The translations under genes and the position numbers were made by a program. The notes under the pieces are model-generated. The model saw only the letters and a program-made list of their open reading frames with translations, made no database searches and was not told where the DNA came from. A DNA stretch of 64,000 nt from Gemmatimonadaceae bacterium (GTDB taxonomy: Bacteria; Gemmatimonadota; Gemmatimonadetes; Gemmatimonadales; Gemmatimonadaceae), in assembly GCA_051859245.1 (NCBI GenBank), contig JBHYGA010000006.1, positions 96,001 through 160,000 of the forward strand, read 5' to 3'. Each line of letters opens with the position of its first letter. Positions within the stretch are counted from its first letter, which is position 1. Positions 1 to 10,223 of this stretch are shown in pieces.

Positions 1-1215
1 CAGATCGACGATGCCGCCGTCGAGGCGACCGTCGCGCAGCGCTGGCCGCTTCTCTCGCAAACGGAGCTGCAGCTGGCACCGGTGAACGCCGGTACTGTTC
101 GCACGCAGTTGCAGGATGCCACACTCTACCGTGCGGCCTATTCGCGTCGGCAGTTGTATGAGCGCATGGTGGAGTTCTGGAGCGATCACTTCAACATTTC
201 GATTGACAAGGTTGGCTATCTCAAGGCGATCGACGACCGGGAAGTGATTCGCAAGCATGCGATGGGCAAGTTCGGTGATTTGCTCAAGGCCAGCGCGCAC
301 AGCCCGGCGATGCTGGCGTACCTCGATCAGAACTTGAGCCGCGTTGGTTCGCCCAACCAGAATTACGCCCGTGAGCTGATGGAGCTGCACACCATCGGCG
401 TAGATGGCGGATACACGCAAGCAGACGTTGAGCAATTGTCGCGTGTGTTCACCGGTTGGACTATCTCAGGAGCGGGCACGTTTTTGTTCAACGCGTCCCG
501 ACATGATTTTGGCGCGAAGACGGTGCTCGGTGTACAGATACCCGCCACGCCGACATCAACGGGCGCGGCCGGCATCAACGAAGGTGAGATGATGCTTGAC
601 GTGCTGATCAACCACCCGAGTACGGCGCGCTATCTGGCAACAAAGTTACTCAAGTGGTTCATCACGCCTGAGCCCACCGAGGCACAGATCAGCGCCATCG
701 CTGGTGCGTACAAGGCAACGGGCGGCGACATCAAACGCATCGTGCGGGCCGTGCTGAATGAAGGATTCGTCACGAACGCGCCGGCCAAACTCAAGCGGCC
801 TTTTCATCTGGTCGCGTCGGGCCTTCGTGCAACGAACGCCGAGATGACCACAGCGACGTCCATGACGGGACAAGTGCGGGTGATCGGACAGCCCCTGTTT
901 CAGTACGAGACGCCAGATGGCTATCCAGATCTGATGGAGTACTGGGTTGGCAACGTGGCCCCACGCTGGGCGTTCGGCACCACACTCGCCAACTCGGCAT
1001 CGGCGACGTCACTGAACGTGGATGTCGCGCCCTACCTGGCCGGTACACCAGACGCCGCGATTGATCGGATTCAAACCGAGTTCTTCGGAGGCGAACTGGC
1101 GACGCACACTCGTGAGGCGCTGCTGACGTATTTGCGTGGCGGCACGTTCAACGCGACGCGTGTTCGGGAAGTGATTGCTCTCGCGTTGTGCAGCTACGAA
1201 TTCCAATGGTACTGA
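1..1215 (+). CDS. DUF1800 family protein (5' truncated by window)
   Basis: Frame open from base 1. Motifs QLYERMVEFWSDHFN, PAMLAYLD, NQNYARELMELHTIG, YTQADV and FTGW are typical of DUF1800; followed by a DUF1501 gene. Confidence 0.9.
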   Translation, partial: QIDDAAVEATVAQRWPLLSQTELQLAPVNAGTVRTQLQDATLYRAAYSRRQLYERMVEFWSDHFNISIDKVGYLKAIDDREVIRKHAMGKFGDLLKASAHSPAMLAYLDQNLSRVGSPNQNYARELMELHTIGVDGGYTQADVEQLSRVFTGWTISGAGTFLFNASRHDFGAKTVLGVQIPATPTSTGAAGINEGEMMLDVLINHPSTARYLATKLLKWFITPEPTEAQISAIAGAYKATGGDIKRIVRAVLNEGFVTNAPAKLKRPFHLVASGLRATNAEMTTATSMTGQVRVIGQPLFQYETPDGYPDLMEYWVGNVAPRWAFGTTLANSASATSLNVDVAPYLAGTPDAAIDRIQTEFFGGELATHTREALLTYLRGGTFNATRVREVIALALCSYEFQWY

Positions 1216-1231
1216 GCCAGGAGCCACAATC

Positions 1232-2530
1232 ATGAGTCACGACGAACACGCCGACGACACCGGCTGCTCCGAGTATCAGCACCTGTCGCGGCGGCGCTTC
1301 ATGGCCACCTCGGCCCAGTTGACTGCCGCCGCTGCTGTTTTTCCGGCATGGCTGCCGCGGATCACGCTCGCTGATCACTACTCGGCGACGCGCGATGTAA
1401 TGGTATCGGTCTTCATGCGAGGCGGAACTGATGGTCTCGCGATGGTAATTCCGCACACGGATCCACGCTACTATGCGATCCGGCCAACGATTGCGACACC
1501 CGCGCCGGATTCGTTGTCGCAGAACAAAGCGATTGCGCTCGACAATTTCTTTGCATTCCCTCCGGCCATGCAGGGGCTGTTGCCGGCGTATCTGAACAAC
1601 GATCTGCTTGTGTTGCACGCGGTCGGGCAGCTCACGAACACGTCGCGCTCGCACTTTGACGCGCAGCGCTACATGGAGGTGGGCAAGCCGGTCGATCCCG
1701 ACTTGACCACAGGCTGGCTTGGTCGACATCTCGCGAGCGTGCCGCCGATCAAGAGCGACAGCAAACTGCGCGGCATTGGCATCGGATCCGGTTTGGCCAA
1801 GACGCTCGTGGGTGGGCCAAAAACGTTGCCGATTGCCGATCCGGCGAACTACTCAATCGGTGGGTCATCCTCCACCCGTGCAGCTCGCACCGCAATGCTG
1901 CAAAACAACTTTGGCAACACGGTCGATCCGCTCAAGTCGGCCGCGCTTGATGCAATTGGCACGATGGAGTTGCTGTCCACCTTGAACGTCAACGGGTACA
2001 CGCCGGCTAACGGTGTCACCTATCCGAATACGTCCTTTGGTCGCGCATTGCGTGCGATCGCGGTGCTGATCAAGTCGGATATCGGTCTGGAAGCCGCGTC
2101 GATTGATATCGGCGGTTGGGACACACACGCCACACAGGATCCGAACGCTGGTCAGATGTTCACTCTGATGCTGCAGTTCTCAACAGCACTTGGCGCGTTC
2201 TGGGCCGACGTGATTGCCACGAGCTATCCGGTCACTGCCGTCGCGGTATCAGAGTTTGGTCGCAACGCCAAGGAGAATGGTAGCGCCGGAACCGATCACG
2301 GCCGTGCAACCGCGATGTTTGCGATGGGTTCACAGATTGCCGGCGGCCGCGTGCTGACGGCCGGCTGGCCCGGGCTGGCAGAGAATCAGCTGGAGAACCG
2401 TCAGGACCTGCGCGTGACGATGGACTATCGTGATGTGCTGGCCGAGATCGTGGAGAAGCGGTTGGAAAACTCGAATCTCGGATTTGTGTTCCCGGGATTC
2501 ACACCAACGTTTCGCGGTGTGGTGGTGTAG
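1232..2530 (+). CDS. DUF1501 family protein with Tat-type signal
   Basis: ATG 1232 after AGGAG. Twin-arginine SRRRFM; motifs FMRGGTDGL, SRSHFDAQ, GGWDTH, SEFGR, GTDHG. Confidence 0.9.
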   Translation: MSHDEHADDTGCSEYQHLSRRRFMATSAQLTAAAAVFPAWLPRITLADHYSATRDVMVSVFMRGGTDGLAMVIPHTDPRYYAIRPTIATPAPDSLSQNKAIALDNFFAFPPAMQGLLPAYLNNDLLVLHAVGQLTNTSRSHFDAQRYMEVGKPVDPDLTTGWLGRHLASVPPIKSDSKLRGIGIGSGLAKTLVGGPKTLPIADPANYSIGGSSSTRAARTAMLQNNFGNTVDPLKSAALDAIGTMELLSTLNVNGYTPANGVTYPNTSFGRALRAIAVLIKSDIGLEAASIDIGGWDTHATQDPNAGQMFTLMLQFSTALGAFWADVIATSYPVTAVAVSEFGRNAKENGSAGTDHGRATAMFAMGSQIAGGRVLTAGWPGLAENQLENRQDLRVTMDYRDVLAEIVEKRLENSNLGFVFPGFTPTFRGVVV

Positions 2531-2539
2531 CGGAACTGC

Positions 2540-2923
2540 TTAGTGCACGATGACTTCGCCGGTCATGCCGGGGTGTACGGTGCAGAAGTACGAAAACGTT
2601 CCCACGGTGGTGAACGTACGTGATACGGTCGTGTCCTTCACAATGGGAACGTCGATAGGAGCGCCCGTGACACTCCGGTTGAACAGTGCGTTATGTCCGT
2701 CACCATCCGGCGACTCGGTCATGCGAAAACGAATGGTTCCGCCAACAGCAATGTCGGCGGTTGCCGGACTGAAAATGTTTCCTGGAGTGAAGACATCCAG
2801 TGACATGGGGTATTCAGGATCCGGCTGGACTGAATCCGAACCGCTGCACGCAATAATGGCCGAAAGGCTCACCACTGCCACCAGAACCCGCTGATGCATC
2901 GAACGTCGAATGAAGTGTGTCAT
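2540..2923 (-). CDS. Cupredoxin/plastocyanin-like lipoprotein
   Basis: Lipobox IIAC; type-1 copper ligand set GHN...YFCTVHPGM (H, C, H, M). Start may be at 2899. Confidence 0.8.
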   Translation of the reverse strand: MTHFIRRSMHQRVLVAVVSLSAIIACSGSDSVQPDPEYPMSLDVFTPGNIFSPATADIAVGGTIRFRMTESPDGDGHNALFNRSVTGAPIDVPIVKDTTVSRTFTTVGTFSYFCTVHPGMTGEVIVH

Positions 2924-2989
2924 GGCTCGTGTGTGACGCGTGGGAGAGGCCGAACGTTACGGTCTCGTACGCGGAAGCTACTGCTTGCG

Positions 2990-3412
2990 ATGTCGATCGT
3001 CACGCTGGCCGCGTGCGGAGGCAGTGATTCGGGCGGACCGACTGCGCCGCCGCCACCGAGTGGGACCGACCCCGTAGTCGGTGCATTCACGTTGACAACG
3101 GTGAACTCCGGACCACTCCCGTTCACGCTCTTCAACGAGGGTGGGTTCAGGCTGGAAATGACCGGCAGCACAATGGCCATGCAGGCGGGTGGCCAGTTTG
3201 TCATGGCGACCACCACGCGCGAAACCGTCGCAGGGTTTCCCTCGACGTACGTGGACTCCACGCGCGGCACATGGACACAGAACGCTGGTGCGGTCACGCT
3301 CACGGCAATGAGTGGTGCGAGTGCGGCGGCAACGTGGGACGGCACACGTCTGTCGTTTCAGATGACCGGTGATCCTGGCGTACTGTCGTTGGTGTATCGC
3401 AAGGATCCCTAG
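2990..3412 (+). CDS. Hypothetical lipoprotein (beta-rich, lipocalin-like)
   Basis: Lipobox LAAC then a GGSDSGGPTAPPPP linker; VVGAFTLTTVN and GTWTQ motifs. Start uncertain (GTG 2933 possible). Confidence 0.6.
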   Translation: MSIVTLAACGGSDSGGPTAPPPPSGTDPVVGAFTLTTVNSGPLPFTLFNEGGFRLEMTGSTMAMQAGGQFVMATTTRETVAGFPSTYVDSTRGTWTQNAGAVTLTAMSGASAAATWDGTRLSFQMTGDPGVLSLVYRKDP

Positions 3413-6400
3413 TCAGCGCGGTGTTTCGCGAAGCGCCTGCTCCATCACGTGCAGAATTTGCTCGGCATCGTGTAGCGACAGACACATCGGGCCACGAAGC
3501 TTGATCACATTATGATGCGGGCCGTCGGTGCCAGCCAGTACACCGTGTGCGCGCATGCGCTGCACAACGTGAGAGGCCTCGTCGGCTGCTGGAGTGCGCG
3601 TTTCCCGGTCACGCACCAGCTCAACGCCGAGAAAGAGTCCGGCGCCGCGCACGTCACCGATAATATCGTGGGTGTGTGCGAGGTTGCGCAGGCCTTGTAA
3701 GAGAGAATCTCCCACGCGCTGCGCATTGTGCTGCAGCTTTTCCTCGAGTGTCACCGCCAGCGTTTCGCGCGCCGCTACGCACGCCGCCGTGCTGCCACCA
3801 AACGTGCTGAAGTACTCCATGCCGTTGTCAAAGCGATCGGCGATCGCACGGGTGGTAACAACGGCGCCCATTGGATAGCCGTTGGCAATCGGTTTGCCGA
3901 GCACCACGATGTCGGGAAGCACCTGGTGCTGTTCGAAAGCCCAGAAGTGTGAACCGATACGACCGAAGCCCGTTTGCACTTCGTCGGCAATGCACACGCC
4001 GCCGGCCGCGCGCACACGGTCATACACGGCGGCGAGATACCCGGTGGGCAGCATAATCTGGCCGGCAACACTCGGGCAGGTTTCGGCAATGTATCCGCAC
4101 AGTGCGCGATCCGTTTGTTGCAACTGATCAATCACCAGTCCTACCTGCGCTGCAAACCACGCGCCGGGCTCGCCGGTGTACCCGCGGTTCCGGTAGGTAT
4201 CCGGAATCGGTGATGCGTGCACCCAGTCCGGTGGCCCCTGCCCACCCGGACCATTGTGCTTGTACGGGCTGAGATCGATGAGTGTGGTCGTGTGTCCATG
4301 ATACGCCGCGTCCATCACGATCATGTCGCGCGCGTTTGTGTAACTGCGCGCGAGTCGTAGTGCGAGCTCATTGGCCTCGCTGCCGGATGCGGTAAAGAAG
4401 CAGACGCTCAACGCATCGGGAAGCGTTGCGGTGAGCGCCTCTGCGTACTCCGTCAGCTGTTCCTGCAAGTAGCGCGTGTTGGTGTTGAGCACGGCCAGCT
4501 GATCGCTCACCGCGCGAACGACCCGGGGATGCGAGTGACCCACATGGGCCACGTTGTTGTACGCGTCAATGAAGCGATGCGCGTGCTGATTGTAGAGATA
4601 CTGACCGAAACCACGCACAATATTGAGTGGTGCGTCACCGTACGACACACTCACGTTGTGCGACAACAAACGGGCTCGTGCTGCGGCAATCTCCGGAGCC
4701 GTATCGTGTGTTGCGAGATGCGCCGCTGGAATGCCGAGCAGCAGGTTTGGATCCGGGCAGATGCTGTGCCACACGGCGCGCTGACTGGCCCGCACGGCAC
4801 CGTTCACGTTGCACGGCACGTCGAGCATGTCCACAATCAGCTGCACGTGTACATGGGCCCACCAGTTCCCATTTGTGGGCGCACTGCCGATGCGCGCGAA
4901 CTCGGTACCCTTGGTGATTTGCTGCCCGATTTTCAGCTTGCTCAGCGAGTCGAGCGAGAGGTGACCGTAGAGTGCGAAAAACTCCACGGGATGCTCACCC
5001 GTGGTCACGTGCCGTAGCACGATCACCGGGCCGTAGTCGTGGTGCGCGTCTGCGAACTCAAATCCGTACACCTCGCCATCAAGCGGCGCAAAGATAGGTG
5101 TACCTGGCGGTGCGGAGAGATCGAGGCCGATGTGAATCGTACGCGGTTCCGATGCGCGCGGTTCGAGCGGCCAGTGATAGATCAGCCGCGCTTCATCGTA
5201 TCCGCCTGCGCCAATTGTTGCACCCGCGCGATCGAGCAGGTGCTGAATGCGTTGATCCAGGAGCGCAGGTTCGTTCAGCGCAGTTTGACTGCTGATGAGG
5301 GCGCTGCCCGCGCTGAAGTCGAGCGGCACGACCGGTGTCACGCGCAGGTCCTGGCCCAGCACCGGAGCAAACTCCGTGGCGTGCTGCACAAGCCACTGCA
5401 CGATGCGGGGTGACTGCGGCACAGGTGACAAGCCACATGCATGACGGAATGTGTAGCGCGCAAAACGTGGGTGTACAGCCGAAAGCCGCGGGAGCGTTCG
5501 CTCGATCGGCTGCTGACTGATTGCGAGATACGGATCGTCTGGTCGCTCCGCACGTTGTGTCGCCGCGAGGCATGTACTTACGCACAAACGCGTACACATC
5601 AGCGTGAACAGCACGTCAATTTCGGTCTCGTTGAGTGCACGCACTGCGTGATACCCATGCAAAACCTGAGCCGCTGCGGCGAGCGGGTCATCCGCTCCAA
5701 GCGCAACATACGCCATCGCAATTGCAAGGTCATTCACCGTATGGCTGAACACGGCATCGCCAAAATCAACGAGACCCGTGGCGCGCTGCATGCGCGCGTC
5801 CACCAGCACGTTGTAGTCGTTGACATCACCGTGAATGACACTCATTGGCAGTTGCGCGAGGCGTGGCGCCACATCTCGCTCATACTGCGTTTGAAAAGCG
5901 GTAACAGCGTCGCGAACCGCGTGGTTTGACACGCGTGACGCGTGTTCGCGGATCACCTCCGGGGCTCGTGCTAGATCCCAGTGAAAATCGCGGTGCAGGG
6001 CCGCGTGGTCGAACCCGCTGAGCGCGTTGGTGAGTGCTGCAACGGCACGCCCCACGTCGCGGCGCAGGGCATCGGTGTGCAGCGAGACGGTGCCAAGCGG
6101 CTCACCAGGAAGCGCGGTGATCAGACGCACCATGTGTCCATCGTGCATGCAGATCAGCTCACCGTCTAACGCCGGCACAAGCGTTGGACAGAGGGCGGTC
6201 GCGGATACGTGGCGCAGCATTGCGCACTCCGCCTCGATGATCGCGGCGGATGTGTGTGCGTTCGACACCTTTAATACAAACTCGCCGGCGTGCGCAGTGC
6301 GCAGGCGGAAGTTCTGGTCGCGTTCGCTCGGCAGCATCAGCACGCTGCCTGTGACCCCCAAATATCGCTCGGCCAAGAGCGCCGCTTGTTCGGCCGTAAA

Positions 6401-6427
6401 CGCTGGCACACCAGTGAGCAGAGACAT
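3413..6427 (-). CDS. Tri-domain fusion: APH/hydroxylysine-kinase-like + M23 peptidase + class III PLP aminotransferase/phospho-lyase
   Basis: Kinase motifs SERDQNF, HGDVNDYN, VDFGD; M23 motifs HIGLD and HVH; class III motifs SGSEANELA, IADEVQTGFGR, LGKPIANG (PLP Lys), STFGG. Confidence 0.88.
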   Translation of the reverse strand: MSLLTGVPAFTAEQAALLAERYLGVTGSVLMLPSERDQNFRLRTAHAGEFVLKVSNAHTSAAIIEAECAMLRHVSATALCPTLVPALDGELICMHDGHMVRLITALPGEPLGTVSLHTDALRRDVGRAVAALTNALSGFDHAALHRDFHWDLARAPEVIREHASRVSNHAVRDAVTAFQTQYERDVAPRLAQLPMSVIHGDVNDYNVLVDARMQRATGLVDFGDAVFSHTVNDLAIAMAYVALGADDPLAAAAQVLHGYHAVRALNETEIDVLFTLMCTRLCVSTCLAATQRAERPDDPYLAISQQPIERTLPRLSAVHPRFARYTFRHACGLSPVPQSPRIVQWLVQHATEFAPVLGQDLRVTPVVPLDFSAGSALISSQTALNEPALLDQRIQHLLDRAGATIGAGGYDEARLIYHWPLEPRASEPRTIHIGLDLSAPPGTPIFAPLDGEVYGFEFADAHHDYGPVIVLRHVTTGEHPVEFFALYGHLSLDSLSKLKIGQQITKGTEFARIGSAPTNGNWWAHVHVQLIVDMLDVPCNVNGAVRASQRAVWHSICPDPNLLLGIPAAHLATHDTAPEIAAARARLLSHNVSVSYGDAPLNIVRGFGQYLYNQHAHRFIDAYNNVAHVGHSHPRVVRAVSDQLAVLNTNTRYLQEQLTEYAEALTATLPDALSVCFFTASGSEANELALRLARSYTNARDMIVMDAAYHGHTTTLIDLSPYKHNGPGGQGPPDWVHASPIPDTYRNRGYTGEPGAWFAAQVGLVIDQLQQTDRALCGYIAETCPSVAGQIMLPTGYLAAVYDRVRAAGGVCIADEVQTGFGRIGSHFWAFEQHQVLPDIVVLGKPIANGYPMGAVVTTRAIADRFDNGMEYFSTFGGSTAACVAARETLAVTLEEKLQHNAQRVGDSLLQGLRNLAHTHDIIGDVRGAGLFLGVELVRDRETRTPAADEASHVVQRMRAHGVLAGTDGPHHNVIKLRGPMCLSLHDAEQILHVMEQALRETPR

Positions 6428-6678
6428 GCAAAACTCGTGGAAGTCAAACTGTGCGTTCGCGCAACTGGCGCAATATGGCGAACCGGACGCGGTTATGTGA
6501 TCCGATTCGGTGTTGATGGCGTTACGCCAGCACGACGGGAACTACTGGCCGTCACGCCGGATACTTGTGTCACCCCCAGCCTCTGCCGAGTATCTGCAGC
6601 TTGAAAAAGGCACCGCGTCCGCGCGTTTCACTCATCATTTTTCCGGGGACTGGGTCCTATGAGCAAGCTGTGATTGTC

Positions 6679-7329
6679 ATGATCGGCGTTCCGTTAGCTT
6701 CGCTCATTCTCTCAGTTGCTGAGCCGCGCGAGTTTTTGCAGTTCGCACCGGGCGACGGTGGGCGCGCGCTGCCTGCGGAATGGCGAACGCGCGCAGTTCG
6801 TGGTCAGTCTGCGCCCGTGTCGATCGTGGTCACCGATACGGGTGGTGCGCTCCTTCGAGTGCAGGGGAAATCACAAGCCGGTTGGTTTGTCCGACAGGTT
6901 GCGCCCGTACTGCGTCCCGCCTCGGGTCGACTCTCCTGGTCATGGCGAACGTTGATTCATCCGCAATCCGCCGATCTGCGTTCGGAAGCGACGGATGATG
7001 CCGCACTTCGGGTGTTCGTTGCATTTGGACCGATTCGCGCGATCGGTCGCGCACCCAAGACGATTTTCTACTCGGTGAGCGGCGCAGAGCCCGTCGGGTA
7101 CGAACGCGCCGGATTTGCGTCGCGCGACGTGTTCGTAATCAGCATTGAAAAACCATCGGCCGATTGGCGCCGCGTCGAGGTGGATCCGTTTGCTGACTTC
7201 GAACGCATCTGGAAGACACCTCCGCCCGCCATCGCTGCGGTGGGCTTTCTGCAGGACACCGAACAAACGAGGGAGCGTGCGATGACTGACATCAAATCTT
7301 TAACCTGGGTTCCCGGCCGTGAAGATTAA
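6679..7329 (+). CDS. DUF3047 family protein
   Basis: LSWSWR, DLRSEATDDAALRVFVAF, DFERIW and DTEQT resemble DUF3047. Start uncertain. Confidence 0.65.
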   Translation: MIGVPLASLILSVAEPREFLQFAPGDGGRALPAEWRTRAVRGQSAPVSIVVTDTGGALLRVQGKSQAGWFVRQVAPVLRPASGRLSWSWRTLIHPQSADLRSEATDDAALRVFVAFGPIRAIGRAPKTIFYSVSGAEPVGYERAGFASRDVFVISIEKPSADWRRVEVDPFADFERIWKTPPPAIAAVGFLQDTEQTRERAMTDIKSLTWVPGRED

Positions 7330-7780
7330 CCGTAGTGCATCATTGCTCATGGCGCTCTGCATTGTTTCCGCCGCCGCGTGCAACTCTGCCGAACCTCCCG
7401 TGGCGCCCGATGCGGTGCCGGTTGCGCCGTCTCCGACGGGACCGATGGTGCCAGCGGATTCCGTCTCCTCCGGTCGATTTGTTCGCACTGGATATCCGGT
7501 GACGGGAGTCGCTACGCTGGCAATTGCGAACGGCGTGGCGCGACTCGAGTTGAGTAGCGACTTCACGCTCGGCAATCCACCAGGCCCGGTGTTGTACCTC
7601 AACACCACCAACAATCCAAACACCGGCCAGCCGCTTCGTATTGGCGCGCTCCGAAGTCGCAGCGGAGCGCAGACCTACACGTTTCAGGTGCCCGCCAACG
7701 TGAGTTATCGCTGGGTCATTATCTGGTGTGATCCATTCAACGTGCCGATCGCAGAAGCATCGGTGCCTCCAACGCCGTGA
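7319..7780 (+). CDS. DM13-domain lipoprotein
   Basis: Lipobox AAAC; GPVLYL...IGALRSRSGAQTY...VIIWCDPFNV matches the DM13 pattern. Confidence 0.75.
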   Translation: MKINRSASLLMALCIVSAAACNSAEPPVAPDAVPVAPSPTGPMVPADSVSSGRFVRTGYPVTGVATLAIANGVARLELSSDFTLGNPPGPVLYLNTTNNPNTGQPLRIGALRSRSGAQTYTFQVPANVSYRWVIIWCDPFNVPIAEASVPPTP

Positions 7781-7821
7781 GCGAGGAACCATCCATGCGC
7801 GCGTCACATCTATAGCTTGGA

Positions 7822-9291
7822 CTACTCGTCGCTGTCGTCGTCTTTCGCGCCCGGTCCATTGAGCTTGTTGCGCAGCGTACGCACCGAAATGCCAAGCAGC
7901 TCGGCGGCCTTCGTGCGGTTGTCGCCACTGGCGGCGAGTGCATGCTGGATCAGCACGCGTTCAGCGTCGGCAACGTTCAAGGAGCCGAGTGAAATGCTGC
8001 CGGGTTTTGAACCGGTGGGCGGAGTGGCCGCGACGCCACCCGGTGGTGTGGCCACGGCCCCGTTACCACTGTTCGGCGTGGCGCGCATGCCGCGCGCCGT
8101 CGTCGCACCCAGCGAGTGTGCGAGCCCAAAGCGCGTGCCTTCGAGGCAGTGTGGCTGGATGATCGGATCGGGTGTGAGAATCACCGCGCGCTCAATCACA
8201 TGCTGCAGCTCGCGCACATTACCCGGCCACGAATACTGCTGAAGCGCGTGCAGCGCGTCGGGTGAGAGTCCTTCAATCTTCTTGCCAAGTTCGTGCGCGA
8301 CTTTCATGGCAAAGCGAAGCGCGAGTACCGGCACATCTTCCGCACGATCACGCAGCGGCGGGATCTGAATGGGAATCGTGCTCAGTCGATAGTACAAATC
8401 CTGACGGAAGGTGCCCGCCTCCACTTCAGCGGCGAGATCGCGGTTCGTTGTGGCGATAATGCGCACGTCTACCTTGATCGGACTGGTACCGCCGACGCGT
8501 TCAAACTCCTGCTCCTGCAACACGCGCAGAAGTTTGGCCTGCAGGTCGAGACGCATTTCGCTGATTTCGTCGAGGAGCAGCGTGCCACGATGCGCTCGCT
8601 CGAATGCCCCCTCAACCCGTTTGATGGCGCCGGTGAAGGCGCCTTTTTCGTGACCGAACAGCGAGCTCTCAATGAGTCCTTCGGGAAGCGCCGCGCAGTT
8701 CAGTTGAATGAACGCCTTCTCGCGACGCTCGCTCTGATCATGCAGCGCGCGGGCGAACAGTTCTTTTCCGGTACCCGACTCGCCCTGCAGCAACACCGTG
8801 GCGCGCGTTGGTGCTGCCATGGCCACCGTCTGCATGATGCGACGGATCGGTGCGGAATCACCAATGATCTGCCGTTCATTGCGATACTGCAGGACTTCTT
8901 TGCGCAGTGCTTCGTTTTCACGGCGCAGTCGCACGAACTCGAGCGCCTGATCAACCGCGAGCTCCATCTGCTGCGGTCGCACCGGTTTGGTGATGTAGTC
9001 GATGGCGCCGGCCTTGATCGCGGCCACGGCATGTTCAATAGATGCGTAGCCGGTGAGCATGATCAGCGGGATGTCGTAACCCTCCCGCGCCAGCATGGCC
9101 AGAAACTCGAGGCCGGTGAGGCCTGGCATGCGATAATCACTGATGATCAGGTCAATATCGCCGCGCGGCAATATCTGCAGCGCCTCTGGCACGTTACGCG
9201 CGCCGATGGCCGTATGTCCCGCCCGCTCCAGCGTATCCTGAAGGATTAGTCCGACACTTGGTTCGTCATCAACGTACAGGATGGTTGCCAT
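7822..9291 (-). CDS. Sigma54-dependent NtrC-family response regulator (REC-AAA+-Fis HTH); candidate FlrC/FleR/FlbD-type flagellar activator
   Basis: REC domain (VDDE, ISDYRMP, KP); Walker A GESGTGKE; GAFTGA; LLLDEI; WPGNVREL; C-terminal NRTKAAELLGISVRTLRNKL. Confidence 0.93.
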   Translation of the reverse strand: MATILYVDDEPSVGLILQDTLERAGHTAIGARNVPEALQILPRGDIDLIISDYRMPGLTGLEFLAMLAREGYDIPLIMLTGYASIEHAVAAIKAGAIDYITKPVRPQQMELAVDQALEFVRLRRENEALRKEVLQYRNERQIIGDSAPIRRIMQTVAMAAPTRATVLLQGESGTGKELFARALHDQSERREKAFIQLNCAALPEGLIESSLFGHEKGAFTGAIKRVEGAFERAHRGTLLLDEISEMRLDLQAKLLRVLQEQEFERVGGTSPIKVDVRIIATTNRDLAAEVEAGTFRQDLYYRLSTIPIQIPPLRDRAEDVPVLALRFAMKVAHELGKKIEGLSPDALHALQQYSWPGNVRELQHVIERAVILTPDPIIQPHCLEGTRFGLAHSLGATTARGMRATPNSGNGAVATPPGGVAATPPTGSKPGSISLGSLNVADAERVLIQHALAASGDNRTKAAELLGISVRTLRNKLNGPGAKDDDSDE

Positions 9292-9405
9292 GCGGCCTGA
9301 GCGGATGCGTGAGGGGACATTCTTGCCGAGCGCGACGCCGTGACGGAACCGGCCGATCGTGAAATAGACGCACCTCTGGTGTGACGTGCAACCCTGAACG
9401 GGAGA

Positions 9406-10191
9406 TCAGGGCGCGGGTTTGCGAATCACGATTGCCTGCTGAATGCCAAAGCCACCCCCGGAGAACTCCCGTTCGAGCGCGAAGAAGCGCTCGTTCACAG
9501 GGTTGCTGAAGCCGGGATACGCGGAAGCATCGGTGACGAGTTCCCGAAGAAAACGCGAACCGAGATAGTAAATCGACGAGAAGTCTTCGACCTCGTATTG
9601 CAGATGGCGCCCGCGCAGAAACGCGTCGAGCGACGACATTTTCAAATAGCGGTTGAAATCGTGCTCGACCAGTGGCGGCAGCGCCTTGAGCGCCCGCATG
9701 GCATTCAATAGAACAAGCGGCTCCCAGAACCCTTCGGAAAGCACCACGAGACCATTGGGTTTGACGACCCGCAGGCACTCGTCGATCCCCTGCTTCTGTT
9801 CTTCCCATGTGGGCAGGTTGATCAATACGCGCGTGGTGTACGCCAGATCGAACGTGTTGTCGGCGAAATCGAGAGCGCGCACGTCTCCGACATGAAAGTC
9901 GAGAGCGGTGGTATCGGATCGGCCTTGGTTGCTACGAAGGGCGGCATCGATCATGGCCGGCGCAAAGTCGACGCCAGTTATGGCCGCCGGCTTTCGCACT
10001 TCGGCCTGCCGGAACGCGGAATATCCGTTTGCGCAGCCGATATCGAGCACCCGATCATGTGGCCCAATATGCTTGCCGATCGTCTCGATTTCGAGATCGA
10101 TCATCCAATGATCACCCCAGGAAGCCCAGTGCGAGTCGGCATGCGTATGTGCTTGCTGCTCCCAGTATTCCTTGATGTGGTCCTTGCTCAT
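9406..10191 (-). CDS. Class I SAM-dependent methyltransferase
   Basis: VLDIGCANG, GVDFA, FADNTFD, LRVVKPNG. ATG at 10191 with GAGGT upstream. Confidence 0.88.
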   Translation of the reverse strand: MSKDHIKEYWEQQAHTHADSHWASWGDHWMIDLEIETIGKHIGPHDRVLDIGCANGYSAFRQAEVRKPAAITGVDFAPAMIDAALRSNQGRSDTTALDFHVGDVRALDFADNTFDLAYTTRVLINLPTWEEQKQGIDECLRVVKPNGLVVLSEGFWEPLVLLNAMRALKALPPLVEHDFNRYLKMSSLDAFLRGRHLQYEVEDFSSIYYLGSRFLRELVTDASAYPGFSNPVNERFFALEREFSGGGFGIQQAIVIRKPAP

Positions 10192-10223
10192 CGACACCTC
10201 TGAAGGGATTCCTGTGCCGACGC

